Notes under the pieces: model-generated
What the model was told of the DNA's origin: nothing
Seen by the model: the letters and a program-made list of their open reading frames with translations, nothing else
Databases searched by the model: none
Part shown: in pieces, positions 27,104-38,766 of the stretch
How the letters are laid out: each line of letters begins with the position of its first letter
Numbering within the stretch: position 1 is the stretch's first letter
NCBI GenBank assembly: GCA_017647785.1
Contig: JAGCJW010000041.1
Location: 18,960-82,959 of the forward strand
DNA: 64,000 nt
DNA from: Bacteroidales bacterium
GTDB taxonomy: Bacteria; Bacteroidota; Bacteroidia; Bacteroidales; P3
Direction of reading: 5' to 3'
Made by a program: the position numbers and the translations under genes

Positions 27104-28444
27104 TTAATTAAATAGTTTCATTAATTTGTTTGCTGATTCCGGAACGGTAAAGGCAACTACCTTATCTCCTGCTTGTATTTGCACATTACCTCTTGCAATA
27201 TATGCTTCATTATTTCTTATAACTCCACCTATGTTTACTCCTTTTGGTAAATCTAAATACATAATAGGCTTTTTAGTTATTGGCGCTCCTTCTTTAACTA
27301 ATACTTCCACCACCTCGGCATCAATTCCTGATAACCATTTACTTGAAGTAACATTTGCGGCTAAAGTAAATCTTGCAATATAACTTGCTGTAATTAGTTT
27401 TTTATTTATGATTGTATCTATTCCTATTTCTTGCGAAACATCTATATAACTAACATTTTCTACTAAAGCTATTGTTTTCTTAACACCTTGTTTGTGTGCG
27501 TGAAGACATGAAAGTATATTTGTTTCCGAAGAATCGGTTAAGGCAATGAAAGCATCGGTTTCTTGCAATCCTTCATCCATTAAAAGATTTATATCGTTGC
27601 CATTTCCATTGATAATCATTGTTCTATTCAAATCATCTACTAATTGAAAGCAACGTTCTTTGTTTACCTCTATAAGTTTTAAATCTATATCATTTTGAAG
27701 GTTGATTGCAGCTCGTTTTCCTATTCGTCCACCTCCAAGAATCATTGCATTCTTAATATGATGGTCCCTTTTCCCTCCTAATTCCTTTATCTTTTCAAGA
27801 CTACTTGGCTTTGCAATCAAATAAACCAAGTCATCTTTCATATACATATCCTTTCCTGCTGGAATAATTGTTTTTCCTTTTCTAATAATACAAATAGCTC
27901 TTGCCTCTAAATCTGGATACAATACTCCCATTTCGGCCATTGTTTTGTTTAGAAGTAAAGCATTTTTGTCTAAACGCATCATATAAACCAACAACAATCC
28001 ATTACTAAAATCAAATATTTCAGTTGCTGTGTTTCTTGTAAGCAGATTTGTAATTTCTTTTGCGGCAATTCTTTCTGGACATACTAATTCATCTACGCCC
28101 AAGCCTTTAAACATACTTTTGTTTTCTTCGTTCAAATACTCCAATGTACTAACCCTTGCTATGCATCGCTTTGCTCCTAATCTTTTACCAAGAATACAAG
28201 TCATAAGATTAATACTTTCCTCATGCAATACCGAAATCAATAAATCACAAGATGAAACTCCTGCTTCCTTTAATGTTTCTATGGAAGTAGAGTTTCCTGC
28301 AATCGTAAGCAAATCAGAATCGGCTTGAAGCATATTAAGCAATTCTGAATGTGGGTCAACAACAGTAATATTATGTCTTATTTTTGACAATGAGCGAGCT
28401 AAATGAAAGCCTACCTCTCCGTCTCCCGCTATTATTATATCCAT
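27104..28444 (-). CDS. trkA: TrkA potassium uptake NAD-binding subunit
   Basis: 446 aa. Two RCK/KTN modules (IIIAGDGEVG, ILGGGRIG). Confidence 0.9.
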   Translation of the reverse strand: MDIIIAGDGEVGFHLARSLSKIRHNITVVDPHSELLNMLQADSDLLTIAGNSTSIETLKEAGVSSCDLLISVLHEESINLMTCILGKRLGAKRCIARVSTLEYLNEENKSMFKGLGVDELVCPERIAAKEITNLLTRNTATEIFDFSNGLLLVYMMRLDKNALLLNKTMAEMGVLYPDLEARAICIIRKGKTIIPAGKDMYMKDDLVYLIAKPSSLEKIKELGGKRDHHIKNAMILGGGRIGKRAAINLQNDIDLKLIEVNKERCFQLVDDLNRTMIINGNGNDINLLMDEGLQETDAFIALTDSSETNILSCLHAHKQGVKKTIALVENVSYIDVSQEIGIDTIINKKLITASYIARFTLAANVTSSKWLSGIDAEVVEVLVKEGAPITKKPIMYLDLPKGVNIGGVIRNNEAYIARGNVQIQAGDKVVAFTVPESANKLMKLFN

Positions 28445-28625
28445 TATTTATTCTATCTTTATTTTTTTGACTGAAACAAATAGATTACAAAGATAGTTCT
28501 TTTTTGAAAACATCAAAATGATTTAAAGAATAAAAAAATTAACTCTTTAAAAGAAAAAATTGATTTCAAGATTCATTTTGAGATATAAAAACAATGAAAA
28601 AACTTTTTTTTAACTCAAAAAATTG

Positions 28626-28633
28626 TAACTTTG
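28626..28633 (+). promoter_or_regulatory. Bacteroidota sigma-A -7 box (kbl-tdh)
   Basis: TAACTTTG, 46 nt upstream of the kbl ATG. Confidence 0.5.
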
Positions 28634-28679
28634 CAGATTATTAAAAATAGTAAGAAACAAATAAAAATTTTAAAGAGAT

Positions 28680-29870
28680 ATGTATAACAATTTTCAAAAA
28701 TTTCTTCAAGAAGAAATACAAGGAATAAAAGACGCTGGTCTTTACAAAAAAGAAAGAGTGATTATCACTCCTCAATCTGCTGCAATCAAAACTGCTGAAG
28801 CAGGAGACGTTTTAAACTTCTGTGCTAACAACTACTTAGGATTAGCTGACAGCCCAGTACTTATTGAAGCTGCTAAAAAAGCTTTAGATGAAAGAGGATA
28901 CGGAATGAGTTCTGTACGTTTCATTTGTGGAACAGGTGACTTACACAAAGAATTAGAAAGAAAAATTTCTGAATTCTTTGGTACAGAAGACACTATTCTT
29001 TACGCTGCTTGTTTCGATGCAAACGGTGGAGTTTTTGAACCATTGTTAGGACCAGAAGATGCTATAATCTCTGACGCATTAAACCACGCTTCTATCATTG
29101 ATGGTGTTAGACTTTGTAAAGCACAACGTTTCCGTTATGCTAACGCTGATATGGCTGACTTGGAAAAACAACTTCAAGATGCTCAAAACTGCCGTTTCCG
29201 TTTAATCGTAACTGACGGAGTCTTCTCTATGGACGGTAATGTTGCTCCACTAGATAAGATTTACGAACTTGCACAAAAATATGATGCAATGGTAATGGTT
29301 GATGAAAGCCACTCTGCTGGTGTTGTTGGTAGAACAGGACGTGGAACAACTGAACAATATAACTTAAGAGGACAAATTGAAATCCTTACAGGTACATTAG
29401 GAAAAGCATTTGGTGGAGCAGTTGGTGGATTCACAACAGGTAAAAGAGAAATTATTGAAATGTTACGTCAACGTTCAAGACCATACTTATTCTCTAACTC
29501 AATTCCTCCTATGGTTGCTGCTGCTGGAGTTGCAATGTTCAACTTAATAGATAGCACGAACGACCTTCAAGATAAATTACACAACAATACAGATTACTTC
29601 GTTGCTGAAATGAAGAAAGCAGGATTTGACATCAAACCTACTCAATCTGCAATTTGTGCAGTAATGCTTTACGATGCAAAACTTTCTCAAGATTTCGCAG
29701 CAGCATTACAAGAAGAAGGAATATATGTAACAGGATTCTACTACCCAGTAGTACCAAAAGGACAAGCAAGAATCCGTGTACAAGTTTCTGCTGCTCACGA
29801 AAAAGAACACTTAGATCGTTGTATCGCAGCATTCACTAAGATTGGAAAAGAATTGGGAGTTATTAAATAA
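28680..29870 (+). CDS. kbl: Glycine C-acetyltransferase (2-amino-3-ketobutyrate CoA ligase)
   Basis: 396 aa. PLP-dependent alpha-oxoamine synthase with the TLGKAFGG lysine motif. Paired with tdh downstream. Confidence 0.9.
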   Translation: MYNNFQKFLQEEIQGIKDAGLYKKERVIITPQSAAIKTAEAGDVLNFCANNYLGLADSPVLIEAAKKALDERGYGMSSVRFICGTGDLHKELERKISEFFGTEDTILYAACFDANGGVFEPLLGPEDAIISDALNHASIIDGVRLCKAQRFRYANADMADLEKQLQDAQNCRFRLIVTDGVFSMDGNVAPLDKIYELAQKYDAMVMVDESHSAGVVGRTGRGTTEQYNLRGQIEILTGTLGKAFGGAVGGFTTGKREIIEMLRQRSRPYLFSNSIPPMVAAAGVAMFNLIDSTNDLQDKLHNNTDYFVAEMKKAGFDIKPTQSAICAVMLYDAKLSQDFAAALQEEGIYVTGFYYPVVPKGQARIRVQVSAAHEKEHLDRCIAAFTKIGKELGVIK

Positions 29871-29879
29871 GAAAACACA

Positions 29880-30836
29880 ATGAAAAGAATATTAGTTTTA
29901 GGCTCTGGCGGTCAAATAGGCAGCGAGCTTACAATGAGATTAAGAGAAATCTACGGAGGAAGCAACGTTGTTGCAACAGACATTAACCCTGCTCGTTTGA
30001 CAGAGGCTATTCAACAAAGTGGTCCTGTTGCTGCTTGTGATGCTACAAAGGCAGAGGAAATTGCAGCAATAGTTGATAAATATCAAATAGACACTATCTA
30101 CAACCTTGTGGCTATTCTTTCAGCTACTGCTGAACAAAACCCAATGCTTGGTTGGAATATAGGAATTGGAGCTTTGATTAACTGCTTAGAAATAGCAAGA
30201 GAAAAGAAATGTGCTTTATTCACACCATCTTCAATCGGAGCTTTCGGAGATACAACTCCACTTAACGGTACTCCACAAGACACAATCCAACGTCCAAAGA
30301 CTATTTATGGAGTTACAAAAGTAACAGGAGAATTATTAGGAGACTATTATTTTGAACGTTTTGGTGTAGATGCACGTTCAGTTCGTTATCCTGGATTGAT
30401 TTCTAACGTATGTCCTCCAGGTGGTGGTACAACAGACTACGCAGTTGATATATATTATGCAGCGGTTAAAGGAGAAGATTTCGTATGTCCTTTGAAACCT
30501 GGCACAATGCTTGATATGATGTATATGCCTGACGCATTAGATGCAGCAATCAACATAATGGAAGCAGACCCTACGAAGTTAATCCACAGAAACTCTTTCA
30601 ACGTAACTGCAATGCACTTTGATCCAGAAGAAATATATGCAGAAGTTAGAAAGCACCTTCCTAATTTCAAAATGACTTATGAATTTGACGCAGTAAGACA
30701 AAAGATTGCTGATTCATGGCCAAACTGGATGGATGACAGTTGTGCAAGAAATGAATGGGGATTCAAACCTAAATATGATTTACAATCAATGACAGTTGAT
30801 ATGCTTGACAAACTGTCTAAGAAATTCGGAAAATAA
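29880..30836 (+). CDS. tdh: L-threonine 3-dehydrogenase, SDR/epimerase-like type
   Basis: 318 aa. GSGGQIG Rossmann motif and YGVTK catalytic motif. Conserved kbl-tdh pairing. Confidence 0.8.
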   Translation: MKRILVLGSGGQIGSELTMRLREIYGGSNVVATDINPARLTEAIQQSGPVAACDATKAEEIAAIVDKYQIDTIYNLVAILSATAEQNPMLGWNIGIGALINCLEIAREKKCALFTPSSIGAFGDTTPLNGTPQDTIQRPKTIYGVTKVTGELLGDYYFERFGVDARSVRYPGLISNVCPPGGGTTDYAVDIYYAAVKGEDFVCPLKPGTMLDMMYMPDALDAAINIMEADPTKLIHRNSFNVTAMHFDPEEIYAEVRKHLPNFKMTYEFDAVRQKIADSWPNWMDDSCARNEWGFKPKYDLQSMTVDMLDKLSKKFGK

Positions 30837-30856
30837 TTTTTCGTTTTTAACACATA

Positions 30857-30889
30857 AAGCCCAAATCAAATGGATTGGTTTGGGCTTTT
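30857..30889 (+). terminator. Intrinsic terminator after tdh
   Basis: AAAGCCCAAA...TTTGGGCTTTT, 10-bp GC-containing stem followed by a T-run. Confidence 0.7.
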
Positions 30890-30896
30890 CTTTTAA

Positions 30897-34046
<3,150 letters not shown>

Positions 34047-34057
34047 AAGAGAAAAAA

Positions 34058-34118
34058 ACAAAGAATAAAAAAATAAAAACGCTCGTTTGTCAAAATAAAA
34101 CTAAGACTTACGAGCGTT
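34058..34118 (+). repeat. 61-nt repeated hairpin module, copy A (after the beta-galactosidase gene)
   Basis: ACAAAGAATAAAAAAATAAAAACGCTCGTTTGTCAAAATAAAACTAAGACTTACGAGCGTT, with a 9-bp stem AACGCTCGT/ACGAGCGTT, a 23-nt loop and T6 following. Confidence 0.85.
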
Positions 34119-34197
34119 TTTTATATTATAATGATGTTTTGTTTTTCTTAATCAAAATTTCTTTTTAGAGGTATTTACTCTTATGGTTTATGAATAA

Positions 34198-34893
34198 TTA
34201 TTCTTTTTCTCTGAAAGTATTTGTTCCTGTTTTATCGTATTCTCTTCCACTACTATCACGATAGTGCTTTTCTCCGAACAAATCTTTTTCTTCAGTAACT
34301 GTGTCGCCATCATTTAGTTTCCATTTTCTTTTTTTACCACTTCCTCCGCCTAATGGAATTCCATCACCATTTGCTATTGAAATTATAGTAAGAACAATCC
34401 ATAAAGCAACTAATCCAGTAACTATATAGATAGCTATAATACCAAGCATGATAAGTATCTTAATAATAGTAATAATTATGATAATAAGTAATAAAATAGG
34501 AAGTATTATAGCATTTCCACCAAAGAGTAAGGCGATAGTTGCCATAGTGCAGTATTTCTGCTTTTCCCCTGCTATCATACGTAATCTCTTCCTTAAATAT
34601 AAGAAAATATATAAAATAGGAATAGCAACAAATGGTAGTCCCATAAATACTGTCGCTATTGATAGGTCTTCTAGGTCTGATGCAAAACCTGCTGAAATTA
34701 TCCCTATACCTATTAAACCTAAAGGAAGAATTAGTAATAAAATTAAGCTGTGTAAAGCTAATTTAGATTTGTAATCAGCATTGAATTGTTGCAGGAAATT
34801 TCTTTCTGTCTCATTAATCCAGCAGTAAATTATCTTTGGCGCCTTCCAAAGATATCCTAAAATTTTTTTCAGTTTTCTTAAAATTTTTTTCAT
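34198..34893 (-). CDS. Orphan multi-pass membrane protein with charged C-terminal tail
   Basis: 231 aa, very hydrophobic core (Ile/Leu runs), C-terminal GGGSGKKRKWKLNDGDTVTEEKDLFGEKHYRDSSGREYDK. No family recognised. Codon use is extremely AT-biased. Confidence 0.4.
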   Translation of the reverse strand: MKKILRKLKKILGYLWKAPKIIYCWINETERNFLQQFNADYKSKLALHSLILLLILPLGLIGIGIISAGFASDLEDLSIATVFMGLPFVAIPILYIFLYLRKRLRMIAGEKQKYCTMATIALLFGGNAIILPILLLIIIIITIIKILIMLGIIAIYIVTGLVALWIVLTIISIANGDGIPLGGGSGKKRKWKLNDGDTVTEEKDLFGEKHYRDSSGREYDKTGTNTFREKE

Positions 34894-34974
34894 TTTTGTT
34901 TGTTTCTTATTGGTTAATATTAAATTTATTCCTTAATGAAAAGACATTAAAAAAGTCGTGAACTTTGTCTTATC

Positions 34975-35093
34975 GTTTCTTGAGGTCTTGGAACTACCTT
35001 TACACCAAATAAGAAAAGCCCACGATATACTCGTGAGCGTTTTCCACTTATCTTATTGGTGTAATATTTGAAATTTTCCAAGTTTCAAGAAAC
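34975..35093 (-). ncRNA. Candidate structured RNA / long 5'-leader element (119-nt four-helix extended hairpin)
   Basis: Helices GTTTCTTGA/TCAAGAAAC (9 bp), CTTGGAA/TTCCAAG (7), ACACCAA(A)TAAG/CTTATTGGTGT (11) and CACGA/TCGTG (5), separated by asymmetric internal loops. Strand assigned only from the upstream consensus promoter at 35184-35214. Confidence 0.35.
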
Positions 35094-35183
35094 CAAGTAT
35101 AAGCAAAAACGCTTTTTATCCGTCTTTAAATTTTATATTTCTTTATTTTCTTTTCGTTTTTTTACGCTTTAAATTTCTGCCCA

Positions 35184-35214
35184 CAAAGGTACAACATTTT
35201 TCTTTAATTACAAA
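35184..35214 (-). promoter_or_regulatory. Full consensus Bacteroidota promoter TTTG-N19-TACCTTTG inside the ORF-free island
   Basis: On the minus strand: TTTG (complement of 35211-35214), 19-nt spacer, TACCTTTG (complement of 35184-35191). It points toward the hairpin at 35093-34975 and the orphan gene ATG at 34893 (~285 nt). Confidence 0.55.
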
Positions 35215-35341
35215 TATTTCTTTAAAGGTATTTAAAGCAGTTTTAAACCTCTTATAAATATATTTTCTTAAAGAAAAATCTTGAAATTTCTTGTGAAAAT
35301 TGAGCAAAATTGAGGGGAAAATTTACTAAAACGAAGTATTG

Positions 35342-35430
35342 TTTTCACCAAACGCTGATTAATTTTCACCAGACGCCGTTTAATTTTTTTTAAACGCCGT
35401 TTAATTTCAACCAAACGCCGTTTAATTTCG
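35342..35430. repeat. Iteron-like array: 4 full + 1 partial 21-bp direct repeats with palindromic core TTAAACGCCGTTTAA
   Basis: TTTTCACCAAACGCTGATTAA / TTTTCACCAGACGCCGTTTAA / TTTTTTTTAAACGCCGTTTAA / TTTCAACCAAACGCCGTTTAA / TTTCGCCAAAA... Confidence 0.9.
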
Positions 35431-35667
35431 CCAAAATCAAGAGAAAAAACAGCCTTTTTAGGCTTAAAAATGGAATAAATAAGGCTTAAAATTATTAAAC
35501 CATTGATTAGCAGTGTTTTATTTAACTCAAAATGCTTAAAGAATTTGCAATAAGGAAAACCGAAGAGTGAAAATTTCGTAGTATTTCAGCATTTGGGTTT
35601 TAAGAAAAACTATTTATGGAAACAAAAAGGCGCAAAAAGAGGCTTTAATTTCTCCCTTTTTTATGTT

Positions 35668-36504
35668 TTAATATGCACTTATTATCGGTTGCTTGTCCCA
35701 ATTTATTTTTTCGTTTGCGGTGTTTACATCTACAAAGTCAAAATCATTTAGCCACTTTATTAGTTTTTTCTCTGCTCCTTTTGTGCCTACAAGACGGCGA
35801 AACTGCACAAAGTATGGCAAGCCTTTTATTTTTGTTTTGTTTGAATCAATATCGCTTACATGGATATAGGCCATTGTATATGGTTGATTCTTTGTAGTGT
35901 GCTTTATCATAGGGTAAGGAAATAAGCGAAAATATCCTCCTCCTGTAAAGCCTATGTTTTTCCACAAGCATTTGAAGGTTGTTATTGGGAATTCTTTTAT
36001 TATTCCGTTTTGTAATTGTATTCTATGTGGGGTTTGTAGGTTTGTGGTCTTTTGTCCGTAGAAATGATTTGTTGAAGCAAGTGAACAATCTATTTCTATT
36101 CCGTTTTCTATTAGTTGTTCCATATATTCAGGACTTGAAAGTGAAAATCCGGGACTTCTATATTTGTTTACTTTCTTTCCTGTTAATTGCTCTATTGTGT
36201 CTATGGATTTTTTCAGGTCGTCTGAAAATTCTTTGATTGTTTGTGTGTTTACAAGGGTATGGTTATAGGAATGTGTTCCTATGTCATATTTTTCTGCTAT
36301 TCTTTTAACTAGATTAGGATATTTTTCTGCTGTTGAGGCAAGAACAAAAAAACTTGGAGCGACCCCTGTGCTTTCCAAAATAGAAAGCATTCGCTCCAAG
36401 TTTTTCTCTAATGCGCCTTCTCTAACTGGCACATAATATTGTTCAGAACCGAGTATTTTACCCTCCCCTTCAAAATCTACTGTAAATATCCTTTGAGGTA
36501 TCAA
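35668..36504 (-). CDS. Polysaccharide deacetylase family protein (DUF3473-type C-terminus)
   Basis: 278 aa, TTG start 2 nt after the folD stop. FTVDFE, THSYNH and RSPGFS motifs are typical of NodB-fold deacetylases. Confidence 0.75.
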   Translation of the reverse strand: MIPQRIFTVDFEGEGKILGSEQYYVPVREGALEKNLERMLSILESTGVAPSFFVLASTAEKYPNLVKRIAEKYDIGTHSYNHTLVNTQTIKEFSDDLKKSIDTIEQLTGKKVNKYRSPGFSLSSPEYMEQLIENGIEIDCSLASTNHFYGQKTTNLQTPHRIQLQNGIIKEFPITTFKCLWKNIGFTGGGYFRLFPYPMIKHTTKNQPYTMAYIHVSDIDSNKTKIKGLPYFVQFRRLVGTKGAEKKLIKWLNDFDFVDVNTANEKINWDKQPIISAY

Positions 36505-36506
36505 CT

Positions 36507-37403
36507 CTATTCGTAAATTTCGTGTTTATATGCTTTAAGTGTGTTGTCTAGAAGTGCAACTATTGTCATTGGTCCAACGCCTCCTGGTACTGGAGTGATG
36601 GCTTTACATTTTGGTGCTACTTCATCGTATTTTACATCACCTATTATTTTGTAGCCTTTTTCGTTATCTGCTGGTATTCTATGAATTCCAACATCTACTA
36701 TTACTGCTCCTTCTTTTACCATATCGGCTGTAAGAAATTCTGGTTTGCCTATGGCTACGATTATAATGTCTGCTTGAAGGCATATTTCTTTTAGGTTTTG
36801 TGTTTTAGAGTGGCACATTGTTACAGTGCAGTTTGCTTTCTTTGAGTTACGACTCATAAGAATTGAAATCGGTGTACCTACTATGTTGCTACGTCCTAAA
36901 ACTACGCAATGTTTACCTTCTGTTTCTATATTGCTTCTATCTAAAAGTTTCTTTATACCATATGGTGTTGCTGGTATATAAGAAGGCAAGCCTATCATCA
37001 TTCTTCCTTCATTTGTAGGGTGGAAACCATCTACGTCTTTTGCTGGAGAGATTGATTCTAAAACTTTTCTTTCTGATATATGTTTTGGTAATGGCAATTG
37101 TACTATATAACCATCAACTTCTGGGTCATTGTTTAAGAAGTCTAATGTTTCTAAAAGTTCTTTCTCTGATATTGTTTCAGGAAAACGATATACTGAAGAT
37201 GTAAAGCCCACTTCTTTTGATTGTTTTTCTTTGCTTGCAACGTAAGACAAGCTTGCTCCGTCCTCTCCTACGATTACCGCAACTAAATGTGGTGCTCTTT
37301 TTCCTGCATCTAATAAATCAGATACTTCTTTTTTAATTTCTTCTTTAATTGTTTTAGCAACAATTCTACCGTCAATCAAAATTGGTTGTTTTGTGTTTTC
37401 CAT
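36507..37403 (-). CDS. folD: Bifunctional methylenetetrahydrofolate dehydrogenase/cyclohydrolase
   Basis: 298 aa. VQLPLP, GRSNIVG and PGGVGPMT motifs. Confidence 0.95.
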   Translation of the reverse strand: MENTKQPILIDGRIVAKTIKEEIKKEVSDLLDAGKRAPHLVAVIVGEDGASLSYVASKEKQSKEVGFTSSVYRFPETISEKELLETLDFLNNDPEVDGYIVQLPLPKHISERKVLESISPAKDVDGFHPTNEGRMMIGLPSYIPATPYGIKKLLDRSNIETEGKHCVVLGRSNIVGTPISILMSRNSKKANCTVTMCHSKTQNLKEICLQADIIIVAIGKPEFLTADMVKEGAVIVDVGIHRIPADNEKGYKIIGDVKYDEVAPKCKAITPVPGGVGPMTIVALLDNTLKAYKHEIYE

Positions 37404-37407
37404 AAGT

Positions 37408-38730
37408 CTATCTTCTTCTTATATTTCTCATAGCGTTTAGTTTTCCGCTACTCATCATCTTCATCATTTTTCTTGTTTCTTCAAATTGCTTCATCAAACG
37501 GTTTACTTCTTCTATTGAAGTACCGCTTCCTTTTGCAATTCTACGTCTTCTTGAAGTGTCAATCTTTGTAGGGTTCTTTCTTTCGTAAGGAGTCATTGAG
37601 CCAATTATTGCTTCAATTCCTTTGAATGCGTCATTGTCTATTTCAACGTCTTTCATCATTTTGCCCATTCCTGGAATCATTCCTACAAGGTCTTTTAAAT
37701 TACCCATTTTCTTAATTTGGGCAATTTGAGATAAAAAGTCGTTAAAGTCAAATTCGTTAGATTTTATTCTTTTGTTTATCTTGCGAGCTTGTTCTTCGTC
37801 ATATTGTTCTTGGGCTTTTTCAACGAATGAAACAATGTCCCCCATCCCCAAAATTCTATTCGCCATACGGTCTGGGTGGAACACATCTAAATCATTCATC
37901 TTTTCACCTAATCCAACAAACTTAATAGGTTTATTGACAACGTGCTTAATTGTTAATGCAGCACCGCCTCTTGTATCACCATCAAGCTTAGTTAGAATTA
38001 CACCGTCAAAGTCTATTACATCGTTGAACGCTTTCGCTGTATTGACTGCGTCTTGTCCTGTCATAGAATCGACAACGAAAAGAGTTTCTGTTGGGTTTAT
38101 TGCTTTTTTGATGTTAGAAATTTCGTTCATCATTTCTTCATCAACCGCCAAACGCCCTGCTGTATCGACAATTACTACACCTATTGATTTGCTCCTTGCG
38201 TATGTGATTGCTTCTTTTGCTATTGAAACAGCGTCTTTGCTATCTTCTTTTGCAAATACCTCTACTCCAATTTGCTCTCCTAAGACTTTTAATTGGTTTA
38301 TCGCTGCTGGTCTATATACATCACAGGCTACTAAAAGCACTGATTTGTTTTTCTTTGTTTTTAGAAAGTGTGATAGTTTTGCAGAGAAGGTTGTTTTACC
38401 ACTACCTTGCAAACCTGACATTAAAATTACGGCTGGATTTCCGTTTAGATTGACTCCTTGTGCTTCTCCTCCCATTAATGATGCTAATTCGTCATGAACT
38501 ATTTTCACCATTAATTGTCCTGGCTCTACTGAGGTCAAAACATCACGTCCTAATGCTTTTTCTTTTACTGTTGCACAAAATTCTTTTGCTATTGCATAAC
38601 TTACGTCAGCATCAATCAATGCTTTACGCACTTCTTTTAAAGATTCTGCAATATTTATTTCTGTTATTTTGCCTTTACCTTTGATTATCTTAAAGGCTTT
38701 GTCAAATTTCTCTGATAAATTCTCAAACAT
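37408..38730 (-). CDS. ffh: Signal recognition particle protein Ffh
   Basis: Start moved to the ATG at 38730 (MFENLSEKF) because a TATATTTG -7 box overlaps the track's 5' extension. [14 protein letters not shown] and TKLDGD motifs, Met-rich M domain. Confidence 0.95.
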   Translation of the reverse strand: MFENLSEKFDKAFKIIKGKGKITEINIAESLKEVRKALIDADVSYAIAKEFCATVKEKALGRDVLTSVEPGQLMVKIVHDELASLMGGEAQGVNLNGNPAVILMSGLQGSGKTTFSAKLSHFLKTKKNKSVLLVACDVYRPAAINQLKVLGEQIGVEVFAKEDSKDAVSIAKEAITYARSKSIGVVIVDTAGRLAVDEEMMNEISNIKKAINPTETLFVVDSMTGQDAVNTAKAFNDVIDFDGVILTKLDGDTRGGAALTIKHVVNKPIKFVGLGEKMNDLDVFHPDRMANRILGMGDIVSFVEKAQEQYDEEQARKINKRIKSNEFDFNDFLSQIAQIKKMGNLKDLVGMIPGMGKMMKDVEIDNDAFKGIEAIIGSMTPYERKNPTKIDTSRRRRIAKGSGTSIEEVNRLMKQFEETRKMMKMMSSGKLNAMRNIRRR

Positions 38731-38751
38731 TGTCTTTTTATTTTGAATTTG

Positions 38752-38759
38752 CAAATATA
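38752..38759 (-). promoter_or_regulatory. Bacteroidota sigma-A -7 box (ffh-folD-deacetylase operon)
   Basis: Minus strand TATATTTG, 21 nt upstream of the ATG at 38730. Confidence 0.5.
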
Positions 38760-38766
38760 TGGATTT

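Noticed and set aside
34975-35093. SRP (4.5S) RNA, 6S RNA or tRNA-like gene
   Set aside because: It lacks the conserved SRP domain IV sequence and GNRA loop. It is too short and lacks the central bubble architecture of 6S. No cloverleaf can be drawn.
35342-35430. CRISPR array
   Set aside because: The repeats are directly abutting 21-mers with no spacers, and no cas genes or leader are present.
34894-35667. Chromosomal or plasmid replication origin (iterons, AT-rich, gyrB within 10 kb)
   Set aside because: I could find no DnaA-box (TTATCCACA-like) clusters, and no dnaA, dnaN or rep gene is adjacent. I kept it only as a remote possibility under the iteron finding.
37772-38497. 241-aa ORF antisense to ffh
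   Set aside because: It is Ser/Thr/Ile/Ala-rich with no motifs and sits exactly opposite a highly conserved gene. This is a typical shadow ORF, produced because the sense strand avoids TTA/CTA/TCA codons in that frame.
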